Assembly: GCA_029937535.1 (NCBI GenBank) | Contig: JAPYPT010000002.1 | Span: 145 to 64,144, forward strand | Length of the DNA stretch: 64,000 bases | Direction: 5' to 3' | From: Alphaproteobacteria bacterium | GTDB lineage: Bacteria > Pseudomonadota > Alphaproteobacteria > GCA-2731375 | Shown: positions 1 to 9,628 of the stretch, one piece after another | How positions within the stretch are numbered: the first letter of the stretch is position 1 | How the letters are laid out: each line of letters starts with the position of its first letter | Made by a program: the position numbers and the translations under genes | Notes under the pieces: generated by a model | The model's database searches: none | Told to the model about the DNA's origin: nothing | The model's input: the letters and a program-made list of their open reading frames with translations, nothing else

Positions 1-1139
1 TCGAATTCGGGGATACGTTCGAACCAGACCCGCAGGGCCACATCCATCTCCATCCGCGCCAGGTTGGAGCCGGCGCAGCGGTGGGGGCCGATGCCGAAGG
101 CGATGTGGCGGTTCTTTTCCCGGTCCAGGATCACCTTGTCGGCGTCCTCGAAAGCCGCCGGATCGTGGTTGGCGGCGGGGAAATTCATCAACACCTTGTC
201 GCCGGGCATGAAGGTCACGTCACCGGCCTGGATTTCCTCCGTGACATGGCGGGCCATGGTGACCGGGGCATAGACCCGCAGCATCTCTTCGATCGCGGAA
301 GGAAACAAATCCGGCTCATTGGCCAGGCGGCGGCGATGCTCGGGGTGGGTGGCGAAATGCAGCAGGGATGAGCCGATGGAGCTCCAAGTGGTATCGATGC
401 CCGCCACCAGCAGCAGATTGCACATGCCGATCACCGCCTTGCGCGCCACGGGTTGGCCGTTGACCTCCTGTTGCAGCAGGTGCGAGATCAAGTCGTCCTT
501 GGGGTCAGCCTTGCGCGCATCCACCAACTCACCAAAGAACTGGCGCAAAATGCGGTTATATTTGTTGCGTTTTTCAAGGTCCGTATTGCCCTCTTCCAAC
601 AGGCCGCGAATCCAGCCGATAAACTCGTCCGTGCGCTCTTCATCGACGCCGATGACATGGGCGATGGTCTTGGCCGGAATGTGCACCGCATAGTCGAGCG
701 CCGCATCGCAGGCGCCTTGTTCGATAAAACCGTCGATCAGGCTGTGGCACAGGGCCTCCGTGTAGGGGCGGTGGACCGCCGTGGCCTTTGGCGTGAACAG
801 CGGCAGCAGCATGCGCCGCATGGGCACGTGATCGGGCGGGTCGGAGGTGATGGGCGGGGCCGCATTGCCGTATTCCTTCAACACCGGATCGAAGGTCCGC
901 TCCTCCACCCGCTCGCTGACCACGAGGACATTGCGCGATGACAGCGCCGGCACCATGCGCACGAAGTTCTGTACGTCCTCGTACCGGGTCGGCAGCCAGC
1001 TGCCGCCCCAGCGTTCCGTATGGGCGATGGGGCATTTTTCCCGCAGATCATCCCAGACCGGCACCGGGTTCTTGATATAGGTCTCATCGAAAATATCGTA
1101 ATCCGTGGCCCAGTCGTCCACGGGCGGGCGGTCACTCAT
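1..1139 (-). CDS. cytochrome P450 monooxygenase (C-terminal end cut by window edge)
   Basis: Reverse translation from ATG at 1139 gives MSDRPPVDDWATDYDIFDE... and, near coordinate 10-100, the heme-thiolate loop FGIGPHRCAGSNLARMEMDVALRVWFERIPEF (FxxGxHxCxG). AAGGA lies 8 nt upstream of the ATG. Not in ORF track because it runs off the window. Confidence 0.85.
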   Translation of the reverse strand, partial: MSDRPPVDDWATDYDIFDETYIKNPVPVWDDLREKCPIAHTERWGGSWLPTRYEDVQNFVRMVPALSSRNVLVVSERVEERTFDPVLKEYGNAAPPITSDPPDHVPMRRMLLPLFTPKATAVHRPYTEALCHSLIDGFIEQGACDAALDYAVHIPAKTIAHVIGVDEERTDEFIGWIRGLLEEGNTDLEKRNKYNRILRQFFGELVDARKADPKDDLISHLLQQEVNGQPVARKAVIGMCNLLLVAGIDTTWSSIGSSLLHFATHPEHRRRLANEPDLFPSAIEEMLRVYAPVTMARHVTEEIQAGDVTFMPGDKVLMNFPAANHDPAAFEDADKVILDREKNRHIAFGIGPHRCAGSNLARMEMDVALRVWFERIPEF

Positions 1140-1179
1140 GGTGGCAATCCTTAATCGTCGATGTATTCAGTCACTGTAT

Positions 1180-1374
1180 TCAGTCGACGTATTCAATGGC
1201 GTATTCGGGGCAGTTCTGTACCGCCAATTTGGCTTTCTCTTCCAAATCGGCCGGCACCTTGCCGTCGTTCAAGGCCGTCGCGGTGCCATAATCGTCCACA
1301 TCGAACAATTCCGGCGCCAGGGCGCAACACCGGTTGTGACCTTCGCATTTTTCCGCATTCACCCGGACCCGCAT
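1180..1374 (-). CDS. small Fe-S ferredoxin (P450 redox-partner type)
   Basis: 64 aa: MRVRVNAEKCEGHNRCCALAPELF...QNCPEYAIEYVD. Cys spacing is typical of 3Fe-4S/4Fe-4S P450-associated ferredoxins. Sits 40 nt upstream of the P450 on the same strand; GGAGA RBS. Confidence 0.7.
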   Translation of the reverse strand: MRVRVNAEKCEGHNRCCALAPELFDVDDYGTATALNDGKVPADLEEKAKLAVQNCPEYAIEYVD

Positions 1375-1485
1375 CGTACATTCTCCATCTCTTTGACCAT
1401 TGCGATTGGTTTCGATAACAATTGGGGAAAGGATACCGGCGTGGTGCCGGGATGTCCATGAAATGACATATGGGAGTCGGGTACG

Positions 1486-2304
1486 ATGGGTTTAGTGAGT
1501 GGCAAGGTGGCAATGGTGACGGGCGGGGCATCGGGTATCGGGCGGGCTTGTTCCGAAACCCTGGCCCGCGAAGGCGCCCAGGTGGTGATCACGGATATCG
1601 ATGGCGACGGCATGGCGGCCACGGTTGCCAGTATCGAGGCGGCGGGCGGCTCCGCCCTCTGCCTGCATCATGACGTGACCGACGAAGATGCCTGGCGGAC
1701 CGTATTGGCCGAGGTGAAGTCACGTTGCGGCGGCCTGAATATCCTGGTCAATAACGCGGGCATCGCCATTGGTGGTCCGCTGCTGGAGATGACCCTGGAA
1801 GATTGGCGGCGGCAGAACGCCATCAACCTTGACGGCGTCTTTCTGGGCACCAAACACGGCATTCCGCTGATTGACCAATCGGGCGGCGGCGCAATTGTCA
1901 TTTTGTCCTCCGTCGCCGGCCTGCGCGGCGCGCCGGGTCTGGCCGGCTACAGCGCCTCGAAAGGCGGGGTCCGCCTGTTCGCCAAATCGGCCGCCCTGGA
2001 ATGCGCCGCCGCCGGTTTGAAGGTGCGGGTCAACTCGGTGCATCCCGGCATCATCGACACCCCGATCTGGACCAAAATGCCGCCCGGCACCCTGACGGGA
2101 GGCGCCAACGCCATCAACCCGGAAGACCTGGCCGCCACCACCGTGGCGAAACGGGCCGGCCGGCCCCAGGAAATTGCCGACGGCGTGTTGTACCTCTCAT
2201 GCGATCTGTCCTCCTACGTCAATGGTTCGGAACTGGTGGTCGACGGCGGCATGATGGCCGGTACCGGCAGCCGGACCGCCTTGCTCAATCAAGGCTCGGA
2301 ATGA
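1486..2304 (+). CDS. SDR family NAD(P)-dependent oxidoreductase
   Basis: TGGASGIGRA Rossmann motif, NNAGI, and the catalytic S...YSASK pattern; GGGAG RBS. Confidence 0.85.
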   Translation: MGLVSGKVAMVTGGASGIGRACSETLAREGAQVVITDIDGDGMAATVASIEAAGGSALCLHHDVTDEDAWRTVLAEVKSRCGGLNILVNNAGIAIGGPLLEMTLEDWRRQNAINLDGVFLGTKHGIPLIDQSGGGAIVILSSVAGLRGAPGLAGYSASKGGVRLFAKSAALECAAAGLKVRVNSVHPGIIDTPIWTKMPPGTLTGGANAINPEDLAATTVAKRAGRPQEIADGVLYLSCDLSSYVNGSELVVDGGMMAGTGSRTALLNQGSE

Positions 2305-2927
2305 GCGAGGCCTATTGCCACCACCGGGTTTTGGCCGCGCCCCGGCAATGGCGCGCCGTGGGGGATGCCATTGCCCAATGCGAAGCTCTGGACGGGGCGG
2401 TCTATGGCGTCTGGCGCAGCCAGATCGGCCGGCCCCGAGACGAGCTGACGGTTATCACCGCGTGGCGGGATGACCCCCCCGCCGTGACCGGTATTTTGCG
2501 GGCCCTGCCGGATGTTGCCACCTGCGAGGGCGAGGCCATGACGCCAACCCTGCGCCCGCTGGATGCCACGCCGCCGCGCCGTCAGGGCAACTACGCCTTT
2601 CGCTGGTTCGACCTGGGGGCGGAAAATTGGTCCGAATTCCTGGATCTTTGCACGGCTGCCTGGCCGGGGTTCGAGGCCTCCTACGACAGCCAGGTGATCG
2701 GCCTGTGGCGCTGCCAGGACCCAAGTCCCGGCCGTTGCCGCAGCCTGCTGCTGACCCGCCGTCCAGATCTCGCCATGTGGGAACGCTCCAAAATCCCCCA
2801 AGGCCCGGCCGAAGCGGAGGTCCGCCGCCAATTGAGCCGTCGCTACGACCTGTGCGACGATACCGTCGTCTACACCACCACCCTGTTGAGCGCCGAAGAC
2901 CGAGAAGATACCGTGCGCTGGACCTAA
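2301..2927 (+). CDS. hypothetical protein (about 208 aa), family not recognised
   Basis: In-frame ATG at 2301 overlaps the SDR stop (ATGA), suggesting translational coupling. The upstream part of ORF 2001..2927 overlaps the SDR and is rejected as the start. Confidence 0.5.
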   Translation: MSEAYCHHRVLAAPRQWRAVGDAIAQCEALDGAVYGVWRSQIGRPRDELTVITAWRDDPPAVTGILRALPDVATCEGEAMTPTLRPLDATPPRRQGNYAFRWFDLGAENWSEFLDLCTAAWPGFEASYDSQVIGLWRCQDPSPGRCRSLLLTRRPDLAMWERSKIPQGPAEAEVRRQLSRRYDLCDDTVVYTTTLLSAEDREDTVRWT

Positions 2928-3040
2928 AGCATGTACTTATTAATCATGCCCGCACTCTTAAGAAAAGAGCAATTGAACCAATCACTTGGGTCGCGCCAAA
3001 TACGTCTTGGGCTTGTCCGATTAATTGAAAATTGCTTTGG

Positions 3041-3424
3041 TCACCGGTCTTTTTGGCGCGCCGCGAAGGCTTGTTCCCAGTTTTGGCCGTCAAAATGGGA
3101 AAGCTTGTAATCGGCCGATTGCAGGTCAAAATCGTCCAGGCATCGGATATTGACGTTGAATTTCTTCGGCGCGGTGCGGGGATGGGAAAAGGTGTGAATG
3201 CCGCAGGTGGGGCAAAAGAAGTGGGCCGCGATCTTCTCGTTGAATTGATAGGTACGAAGCGTATCGGCGCCCGTCAGAAGCCTGAAACGGTCACTCTCCA
3301 CGCTGTGATGCACCGAGCCTTTTTTTCGGCACATGGAGCAGTTGCAATCGCCGAGATTTGACAGCTCCGCGTCAACCTCGAAGGTGACCGAACCGCAATG
3401 GCAGCTTCCATGATAGGTTTGCAT
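3041..3424 (-). CDS. GFA (glutathione-dependent formaldehyde-activating / CENP-V-like) family Cys-rich protein
   Basis: CHCGSV...CNCSMC...CPTCG cysteine pattern is diagnostic of the GFA fold. Confidence 0.75.
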   Translation of the reverse strand: MQTYHGSCHCGSVTFEVDAELSNLGDCNCSMCRKKGSVHHSVESDRFRLLTGADTLRTYQFNEKIAAHFFCPTCGIHTFSHPRTAPKKFNVNIRCLDDFDLQSADYKLSHFDGQNWEQAFAARQKDR

Positions 3425-3520
3425 ATTTCATCCTCTTCACCAGGGGTACATCGTTTGCACGCCCGCCGAAGAGCGGCATACTATGCCCAAAATCCCATGA
3501 TACGTGATTATAGGGCGGCA

Positions 3521-4330
3521 ATGAACATGAGCGGCAATAGCGACGGCAAACAGTTTCGGATCGGCGATCATGCCGTCGATATCATTGTCCACGGCTTTCC
3601 GGGCAAATCGGTCTGCCATGGCTCGCTCGGGTTCTCCACGATCGTGCTGATCCGCCACGGCGAACGTATCGCGCTTGTGGATGTCGGCTCTTTCGGCCAG
3701 CGGAACCTGTTGCTGTCGGAATTGGCCGCGCGGGACCTAACGCCAGGGGATGTGACGGATGTGCTGTTGACCCATTCCCATTACGACCATGCCATCAACT
3801 GGACCATGTTCAAGGATGCCAATATCGTCATCAGCCGCACGGAAATGGACTGGTCGGTGAAGGAGCCATGGGGCCTGACGCCGGTGCCGGAGCTTTACGT
3901 CCGCGAGTTGGAACGCTGGCCCACATTGCGCGCCGTGTCGGACGGCGAGGACGTATTTCCCGGCATAACGGCGCATTTGGCGCCGGGCCATACACCGGGC
4001 TGTCTGGTCTTTGTATTGCGGGGCCAAGACCGTGACATGGTTTTCACGGGCGATGCCTGCAAGAACCGGGCGGAGTTGCTGTCCAGGGCAACGGACATGA
4101 CCTATGACCCAGCGGTCTCCAACGCCACGATTGAAGCGATCTGGAGCCATTGGCGGGAGCGCGACGGCAGCGTTCTGGTCCCTGGTCACGACCTGCCCAT
4201 GGTGCTGGAAAACGGCGCGCCGCGTTATTTGGGCAGGCGGGAGGCCGCTATTCGCGCTTGGTACGGCGAGGACCTGAACGAAATCACGGTAATTTCCCTG
4301 CTGCCCGAACACGGCCAAGGGCCGGAATGA
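3521..4330 (+). CDS. MBL-fold metallo-hydrolase
   Basis: HSHYDH (HxHxDH) motif plus downstream His/Asp ligands. Internal ATG at 3521 chosen; 3497 and 3527 are alternatives. Confidence 0.7.
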   Translation: MNMSGNSDGKQFRIGDHAVDIIVHGFPGKSVCHGSLGFSTIVLIRHGERIALVDVGSFGQRNLLLSELAARDLTPGDVTDVLLTHSHYDHAINWTMFKDANIVISRTEMDWSVKEPWGLTPVPELYVRELERWPTLRAVSDGEDVFPGITAHLAPGHTPGCLVFVLRGQDRDMVFTGDACKNRAELLSRATDMTYDPAVSNATIEAIWSHWRERDGSVLVPGHDLPMVLENGAPRYLGRREAAIRAWYGEDLNEITVISLLPEHGQGPE

Positions 4331-4337
4331 TCCGGAT

Positions 4338-5120
4338 ATGACATCACTGCCTTCGATATTCGTCTCTCACGGTGGCCCGACCATGGCGGTGCAGCCGTCA
4401 CCGGCCAGGAATTTTCTGCAAACCCTCCACGACCATCACCCAGCCCCCAAGGCCATTCTGATGATCTCGGCTCATTGGGAAACGCCGGGCGTGGCGGTCG
4501 GCACGGCCACGGATCTGGAAACCATCCATGACTATTATGGTTTTCCCGAAGAGTTCTATCGCTTCCGTTATCCCGCAAAGGGTGATCCCGCCCTAGCCCA
4601 ACGGGCCGGTTCCCTGGTCACGGCGGCGGGAGGGGGGGCGGTGTCATCATCACCGCGCGGCCTGGATCATGGGGCCTGGCTGCCTCTCATGCTGGCTTAT
4701 CCGGAGGCCAACATCCCCATCGCGCAACTATCCCTGTGCGCGGGCGAAGGGGCTGATTGGCATTTCCGGTTGGGCGCTTCGTTAAGGCCACTGCGTGATG
4801 AAGGCGTGCTGATTTTGTGCTCCGGCGCCGCGACCCATAATCTGCGTGAAATCGACCGCCAAGCGCCACCCGGCGCCGCCGCCGACTGGGCGGCTGAATT
4901 CAGCGCCTGGATCACGGAAAACGTCACCGCGGGCCGAGCGGAAGATCTCGTTCAATATCGGACATTGGCGCCGCACGCCGCGCGCAACCACCCGTCGGAA
5001 GAGCACCTTTTGCCCCTGTTCGTGGCCCTGGGCGCAGGGAGCCCCGGTGCCGCCGGCCGCCATTTGCACCACAGCATCGGCAACCGCGTTCTGGCCATGG
5101 ATGCCTATGCCTGGGATTAG
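4338..5120 (+). CDS. class III extradiol ring-cleavage dioxygenase (LigB / DODA-YgiD family)
   Basis: N-terminal IFVSHGGP...ISAHWE and an overall 260-aa layout typical of 4,5-DOPA-dioxygenase-like enzymes. Confidence 0.8.
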   Translation: MTSLPSIFVSHGGPTMAVQPSPARNFLQTLHDHHPAPKAILMISAHWETPGVAVGTATDLETIHDYYGFPEEFYRFRYPAKGDPALAQRAGSLVTAAGGGAVSSSPRGLDHGAWLPLMLAYPEANIPIAQLSLCAGEGADWHFRLGASLRPLRDEGVLILCSGAATHNLREIDRQAPPGAAADWAAEFSAWITENVTAGRAEDLVQYRTLAPHAARNHPSEEHLLPLFVALGAGSPGAAGRHLHHSIGNRVLAMDAYAWD

Positions 5121-5157
5121 CCGGTAGCTACCTACCCTGAACGAAAGGAAACAGCCC

Positions 5158-6816
5158 GTGACACGATCCGCAGCACATGTCCTTGCAGCTTCGCTGGAGG
5201 CCCATGGTGTCGATACCGCCTATTGCGTGCCAGGTGAAAGTTATCTGCCGCTGACCGACGCCCTGATCGACTTCCCAAAGATCAAGCTCGTGGTTTGCCG
5301 CCATGAGGGCGGCGCGGGCTTCATGGCGGTGGCCCATGCGCGGCTGCGCAACGAGCCGGGCGTTTGCATCATCAGCCGTGGACCCGGCGCCATGAACGCC
5401 GCCATCGCCCTGCATGTGGCCTATCACGATGCCGAGCCCTTGATCTTCCTGGTCGGGCAGGCCGACCGGGACGAATTGGGCCGCATGACCCTGCAGGAAA
5501 TGAACTACAGCCGGGCCTTTGCCGATACCACGAAGATGGTCATCGAAGTGATCGACCAGAGCACGATCAGCGAAGCCATTGCGCGCGCCTTTCATGTTGC
5601 CCAATCGGGCACACCGGGCCCCGTGGTCGTGGTTTTGCCGGAAGATCTGCTCTACGGCCCGTGCGATGCGGAGGTGCTGGGGCCCCGCAAGCGCGCCGTC
5701 ACGGCGCCCACGCCGGAAGACGCGGCGGCGGCGCTGTCCATGCTGCGGCAGGCTGAACGGCCCCTGGTCATCGCCGGCGGCCGCCTGCATGGCCCAGCGG
5801 CGCTGGCCGATCTGACCACGTTCGCCGAGCAATTCATGCTGCCGGTGGCAACCCCGCAACGGCGTTTCCATTGTTTTGACAGCCGGCACCCCAACAGCGC
5901 CGGGCGTCTGATCAACAGGGCGCCCGGTGAGTTGCTGGACGTCATGAAGGAATGCGACCTTTTGCTGGTACTGGGCGAGCGGATCGGCCCCTCGATGAGC
6001 CAGGGCTTCACCTTTCCCCGCGCGCCCGTGCCAGACCAGCCCATGATCCACGTCTGGCCCGACCCGGCCGAAGTCGGACGGGTGTTTGAGCCGGCCCTGG
6101 GCCTTGGTTGCGACCCCCATGAATTCATCAAGGCCATGCTGGCGGCGGGTTCTGACGGGACCTCCCCCTCCCGCGCGGCCTGGGTTGAACGGCTGAACGG
6201 GGCGCATCGTTCGGTGATGACCTGGAAACCGGTCTCGGCCAATGACGGCGTGGTCTTTGGCCATGTGGTCGCCGCGATAAACGAGCATCTGACGGCGGAT
6301 GCGGTGGTGACGACGGATGCCGGAAATTTTTCCAGTTGGCCGGCGCGCTATCTGCACCTTGGGCAAGAGAACATGTTTATCGGCGCCACGGTGGGCGCCA
6401 TGGGGCCGGGCGTACCATCGGGCGTGGCGGCGGGACTTTCGACGCCGGGACGGCAGATCGTGGTATTCGTCGGCGACGGCGGCGCCATGATGACCGGCAA
6501 CGAACTTGCGACGGCCGTGCAATATGGCGTGCCCATCAAGATATTTGTCGCCAACAACAGCGCCTATGGCACCATCCGCATGCATCAGGCGCGCAGCTTT
6601 CCCGGCCGGGTCACATCCACGGCCCTGCAAAATCCTGATTTCGCCGCCTGGGGCGAGGCCTTTGGCGCCAAGGGATATCTCATCACGGCGGAAAGCCAGG
6701 TTGCGGAGGTGGTGGCCGAGGCCATGGCCCATGACGGCCCGGCGGTGATCGAGACCAGGATCAGTCTCAATCACATCTCCCCCAGTGCCCGCATCGATGA
6801 GATAGAGGCGCGATGA
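5158..6816 (+). CDS. thiamine-diphosphate-dependent enzyme (acetolactate synthase / benzoylformate decarboxylase-like)
   Basis: 552 aa with an N-terminal Pyr domain, a central domain and a C-terminal PP domain (GDGG...NN motif: FVGDGGAMMTGNELATAVQYGVPIKIFVANN). Confidence 0.85.
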   Translation: MTRSAAHVLAASLEAHGVDTAYCVPGESYLPLTDALIDFPKIKLVVCRHEGGAGFMAVAHARLRNEPGVCIISRGPGAMNAAIALHVAYHDAEPLIFLVGQADRDELGRMTLQEMNYSRAFADTTKMVIEVIDQSTISEAIARAFHVAQSGTPGPVVVVLPEDLLYGPCDAEVLGPRKRAVTAPTPEDAAAALSMLRQAERPLVIAGGRLHGPAALADLTTFAEQFMLPVATPQRRFHCFDSRHPNSAGRLINRAPGELLDVMKECDLLLVLGERIGPSMSQGFTFPRAPVPDQPMIHVWPDPAEVGRVFEPALGLGCDPHEFIKAMLAAGSDGTSPSRAAWVERLNGAHRSVMTWKPVSANDGVVFGHVVAAINEHLTADAVVTTDAGNFSSWPARYLHLGQENMFIGATVGAMGPGVPSGVAAGLSTPGRQIVVFVGDGGAMMTGNELATAVQYGVPIKIFVANNSAYGTIRMHQARSFPGRVTSTALQNPDFAAWGEAFGAKGYLITAESQVAEVVAEAMAHDGPAVIETRISLNHISPSARIDEIEAR

Positions 6817-6927
6817 TCAGGCCCAGAGCACATTCGAAATTAATGCACTCGGACACTTAAGTTTAGAATAATTGTAGCAGCCAATTGATTTGCAAAGGCA
6901 CCTCTGAATAGTAAATCACAGCAACCT

Positions 6928-7024
6928 GTCATCCTCGGGCGTAGCGAAGCGGAGACCCGTGGATCCAGGGCCGCAAACACTGGAGTTTGTTGCCCTGGAT
7001 TGCCGGGTCAAGCCCGGCAATCAC
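6928..7024. repeat. intergenic hairpin repeat element, copy A
   Basis: gtcatcctcgggcgtagcgaagcggagacccgtggatccagggc...gagtttgttgccctggattgccgggtcaagcccggcaatcac. Nested inverted repeats; second half near-identical to copies at 17.7 and 23.5 kb. Confidence 0.6.
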
Positions 7025-7074
7025 GTTGAGGAGGCTGTGTGTCACGGCGCATGACTTCGGCTGATTGAAATTTT

Positions 7075-8610
7075 CTAGGCTTTGGATAATTCATCCCTGA
7101 TGGTGCGTTTCATGACCTTGCCGGCGGGATTGCGCGGCAGCTCGTCCCGGAAGGTGATTTCGCGCGGCACCTTGTAGCCACCCAGATAGTCCCGGCAGTG
7201 GGCCATGATCTCGTCGGGGCTGGCCTGGCGACCGGGCCGGGGCACGATGACGGCGGCCAGGCGTTCACCCCATTGGGCATCGGGAATACCGACCACGGCG
7301 GCCTCGGCCACGCTTTCATGTTGCATCAGCACTTCCTCGACCTCGCGGGGGTAGATGTTGATGCCGCCCGAGATCACCATGTCCTTGCGCCGGTCCATGA
7401 TGGCGAGAAAATCATCATCATCCATGGCGCCCATATCCCCGGTCAGCAGCCATTCCCCGTCCAGGGCCTCCGTCGTGGCCGCCTCATTGTTGCAGAAACC
7501 ATTGAAAAGCGTGGGTGATTTGATCCAGACATCGCCTATTTCGCCGGCATCGGCGGGGCTGCGGTCTTCCCGCCGCACGGCGATCTCGGTGCCTATGATG
7601 GCCGGGCCGACGGATCCGGTCTTGTCCTCGTATAGTTCCGGGGCCAGCGCCGTGGCGATACCGACCTCGGTGCAGCCGTAGCATTCGTGGATCACGCCTT
7701 CGCCAAAATAGGACACGGCGCGTTGCTTCAATGCATGGGCGAACGGCGCCGCGTTGACGACGATACCGTTCAGGCGGAAGCCATCGCGGCGGGCCAGCAA
7801 CTCATCGGGCAGTGCCAGGATCTGATGTATATGGGTCGGCACCATGAAGACGGAGGTGACGTCGCCACTGGCCAGGCGCGAGAGGACATGGGCGGGATCG
7901 AAAGCCTCCAGCAACTCCAAGGTGCCGCCGTTGAAGACGCTGGCCATGGCAAAACCGTAACCACCCCCATGGGCCAGGGGCGCGAAGCACAGATGTTGGT
8001 CGTCGGGTCCCAAACAGCGGAAATGATGGGCCATGGCCTTGAACAGATGGCTGCGGCAATGATGGGACAACATCACGCCCTTGGGCTCTCCGGTGGTGCC
8101 GGAGGTATAGGGAATGCAGAAGGTCGCCTCCGGGTCGGCGGGGGGCACCGGGTTGGCCAGGGATTGCCGCGCCAGGGCCTCTTCGTAGCCCGTATCGAGC
8201 GAGCGAATGTCCGCGCTGACCAGCCCCGCGAGATTGCCGGCCAGATCGTCCGGGCAGAACACAACCTTGGCCCGGCAGTTGTTCAGGATGTGCCGCAATT
8301 CCTGCCGTGCGGCGCGGTGGGTGGGCGTGGCTACCATGACGCCGGCCCGGGACAAACCGGCGACGATCTCGATATAGGCCAGACAATTGGGCGCATAAAT
8401 CGCGGCGCAGTCGCCCGGACCTAAGTGCAGCTCATCACGGGCCATCGCCGCCACTTGTTGAATACGGACGGCCAACTGGCTGAAACTCAGGCAACGATCC
8501 CCAAACAGCAATGCCGGTTTGTCGGGGTGGCGCAAGGCGCCGGCCATGACACCTGAGGCAATATCGGCGCCGACAAGATCGGCCGTGACATGGAAATCCG
8601 GGGTGGTCAT
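7075..8610 (-). CDS. AMP-dependent synthetase/ligase (acyl- or aryl-CoA ligase)
   Basis: YTSGTTGEPKGV AMP-binding motif and class I adenylate-forming layout, 511 aa. Confidence 0.85.
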   Translation of the reverse strand: MTTPDFHVTADLVGADIASGVMAGALRHPDKPALLFGDRCLSFSQLAVRIQQVAAMARDELHLGPGDCAAIYAPNCLAYIEIVAGLSRAGVMVATPTHRAARQELRHILNNCRAKVVFCPDDLAGNLAGLVSADIRSLDTGYEEALARQSLANPVPPADPEATFCIPYTSGTTGEPKGVMLSHHCRSHLFKAMAHHFRCLGPDDQHLCFAPLAHGGGYGFAMASVFNGGTLELLEAFDPAHVLSRLASGDVTSVFMVPTHIHQILALPDELLARRDGFRLNGIVVNAAPFAHALKQRAVSYFGEGVIHECYGCTEVGIATALAPELYEDKTGSVGPAIIGTEIAVRREDRSPADAGEIGDVWIKSPTLFNGFCNNEAATTEALDGEWLLTGDMGAMDDDDFLAIMDRRKDMVISGGINIYPREVEEVLMQHESVAEAAVVGIPDAQWGERLAAVIVPRPGRQASPDEIMAHCRDYLGGYKVPREITFRDELPRNPAGKVMKRTIRDELSKA

Positions 8611-9476
8611 GCCGCTTCCGGGCTTTCGGGCAAACGGAACAGTTTCAGGGCGTTATCCCGCAGCAATTTAGCCTTGGCGCCCTCGCGGAGGTCCATGGCG
8701 TTGATTTCCGTCATGGCGCGTTCGGGATCGATCACCGGCCAATCGGTGCCGAACAGCACCTTGTCCTGACCATAGCTGTTCAGATAATGCACGATTTGCG
8801 GCGGCCAGTGTTTGGGCGCATAGGCATCGACGCCGATGAAGATGTTCTCGTGCTTCCAGGCCATGGAAATCATTTCGTCTGTCCAGGGCACGCCGATGTG
8901 TATGCCGATCAGCTTCAATTCCGGGAAATCGATAGCCACTTCATCCAGGGTAATGGGGCGGCCGACACTGGGCAGGCGGCGCTCGCGGGAGTAGATCAGG
9001 TTATGGCCGACCTGCATCATGATCGGAATATCCAATTCGCAGCACTTGGCGTAGTAGGGATAATAGCGCCGGTCGTTGGGCGCCAGGCCGAACCAGTGAG
9101 GATAAAGATGCGCGCCGACAAAGCCGAGGTTCTCGACCGCATGGCTGAGTTCGTAAATACCGGCCATGCCGCGAAAGGGATCGACGCCGGCAAGGCCTGA
9201 AAATTTGTCGGGATGTTCGGCGCAGACCTCCGCCACCCGTGAATATTCAATCTCGAACGAGCCCCGCACCGCCAGATCGCCGGCCCGCACGGCAACCAGG
9301 AGCGAGCGGTCGATCCCGGCCGATGCCATCTTTTCCAGATAGCGCGGGATCGAAACGCCGCCGCGCATGTCTTCCGGCATGCGGATCTGAGCCTTGAAGG
9401 TCTCGTCCAGCCCGGTGCGCGCCTCGGCCACTTCCCGTTCGGTATAAAGATTGCAGACGATGTCGATTGCGCCCAT
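8607..9476 (-). CDS. amidohydrolase-2 family protein (ACMSD/LigW-like decarboxylase or hydrolase)
   Basis: TIM-barrel amidohydrolase_2-like sequence (MGAIDIVCNLYT..., HxH-less variant typical of the family). Start at 9476 preferred because AGAGG sits 8 nt upstream. Stop overlaps the ligase start (coupled). Confidence 0.7.
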   Translation of the reverse strand: MGAIDIVCNLYTEREVAEARTGLDETFKAQIRMPEDMRGGVSIPRYLEKMASAGIDRSLLVAVRAGDLAVRGSFEIEYSRVAEVCAEHPDKFSGLAGVDPFRGMAGIYELSHAVENLGFVGAHLYPHWFGLAPNDRRYYPYYAKCCELDIPIMMQVGHNLIYSRERRLPSVGRPITLDEVAIDFPELKLIGIHIGVPWTDEMISMAWKHENIFIGVDAYAPKHWPPQIVHYLNSYGQDKVLFGTDWPVIDPERAMTEINAMDLREGAKAKLLRDNALKLFRLPESPEAA

Positions 9477-9628
9477 GGGGTAACCTCTGTTTGCTGGGGA
9501 CTGATGTTGGCGGGTGGTCGCGGACATTATGACACGGCCTGCCAAGATGTCTTGAGCAAATCACTAACCGTTGGGCGGCCTGGGCTATACTGAAGGCGGG
9601 GCACTAAGCCCCTGGGACATGAGGAGGA

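Noticed and set aside
2001-2927. Reading the 308-aa ORF from 2001 as one gene
   Set aside because: The upstream 100 codons overlap the SDR gene in another frame and are Arg-rich low complexity. The in-frame ATG at 2301 overlapping the SDR stop is the plausible start.
5128-6774. 548-aa ORF antisense to the ThDP enzyme gene
   Set aside because: Opposite-strand shadow ORF in GC-rich DNA with low-complexity Arg/Gly/His-rich translation. The sense strand has clear ThDP-enzyme motifs.
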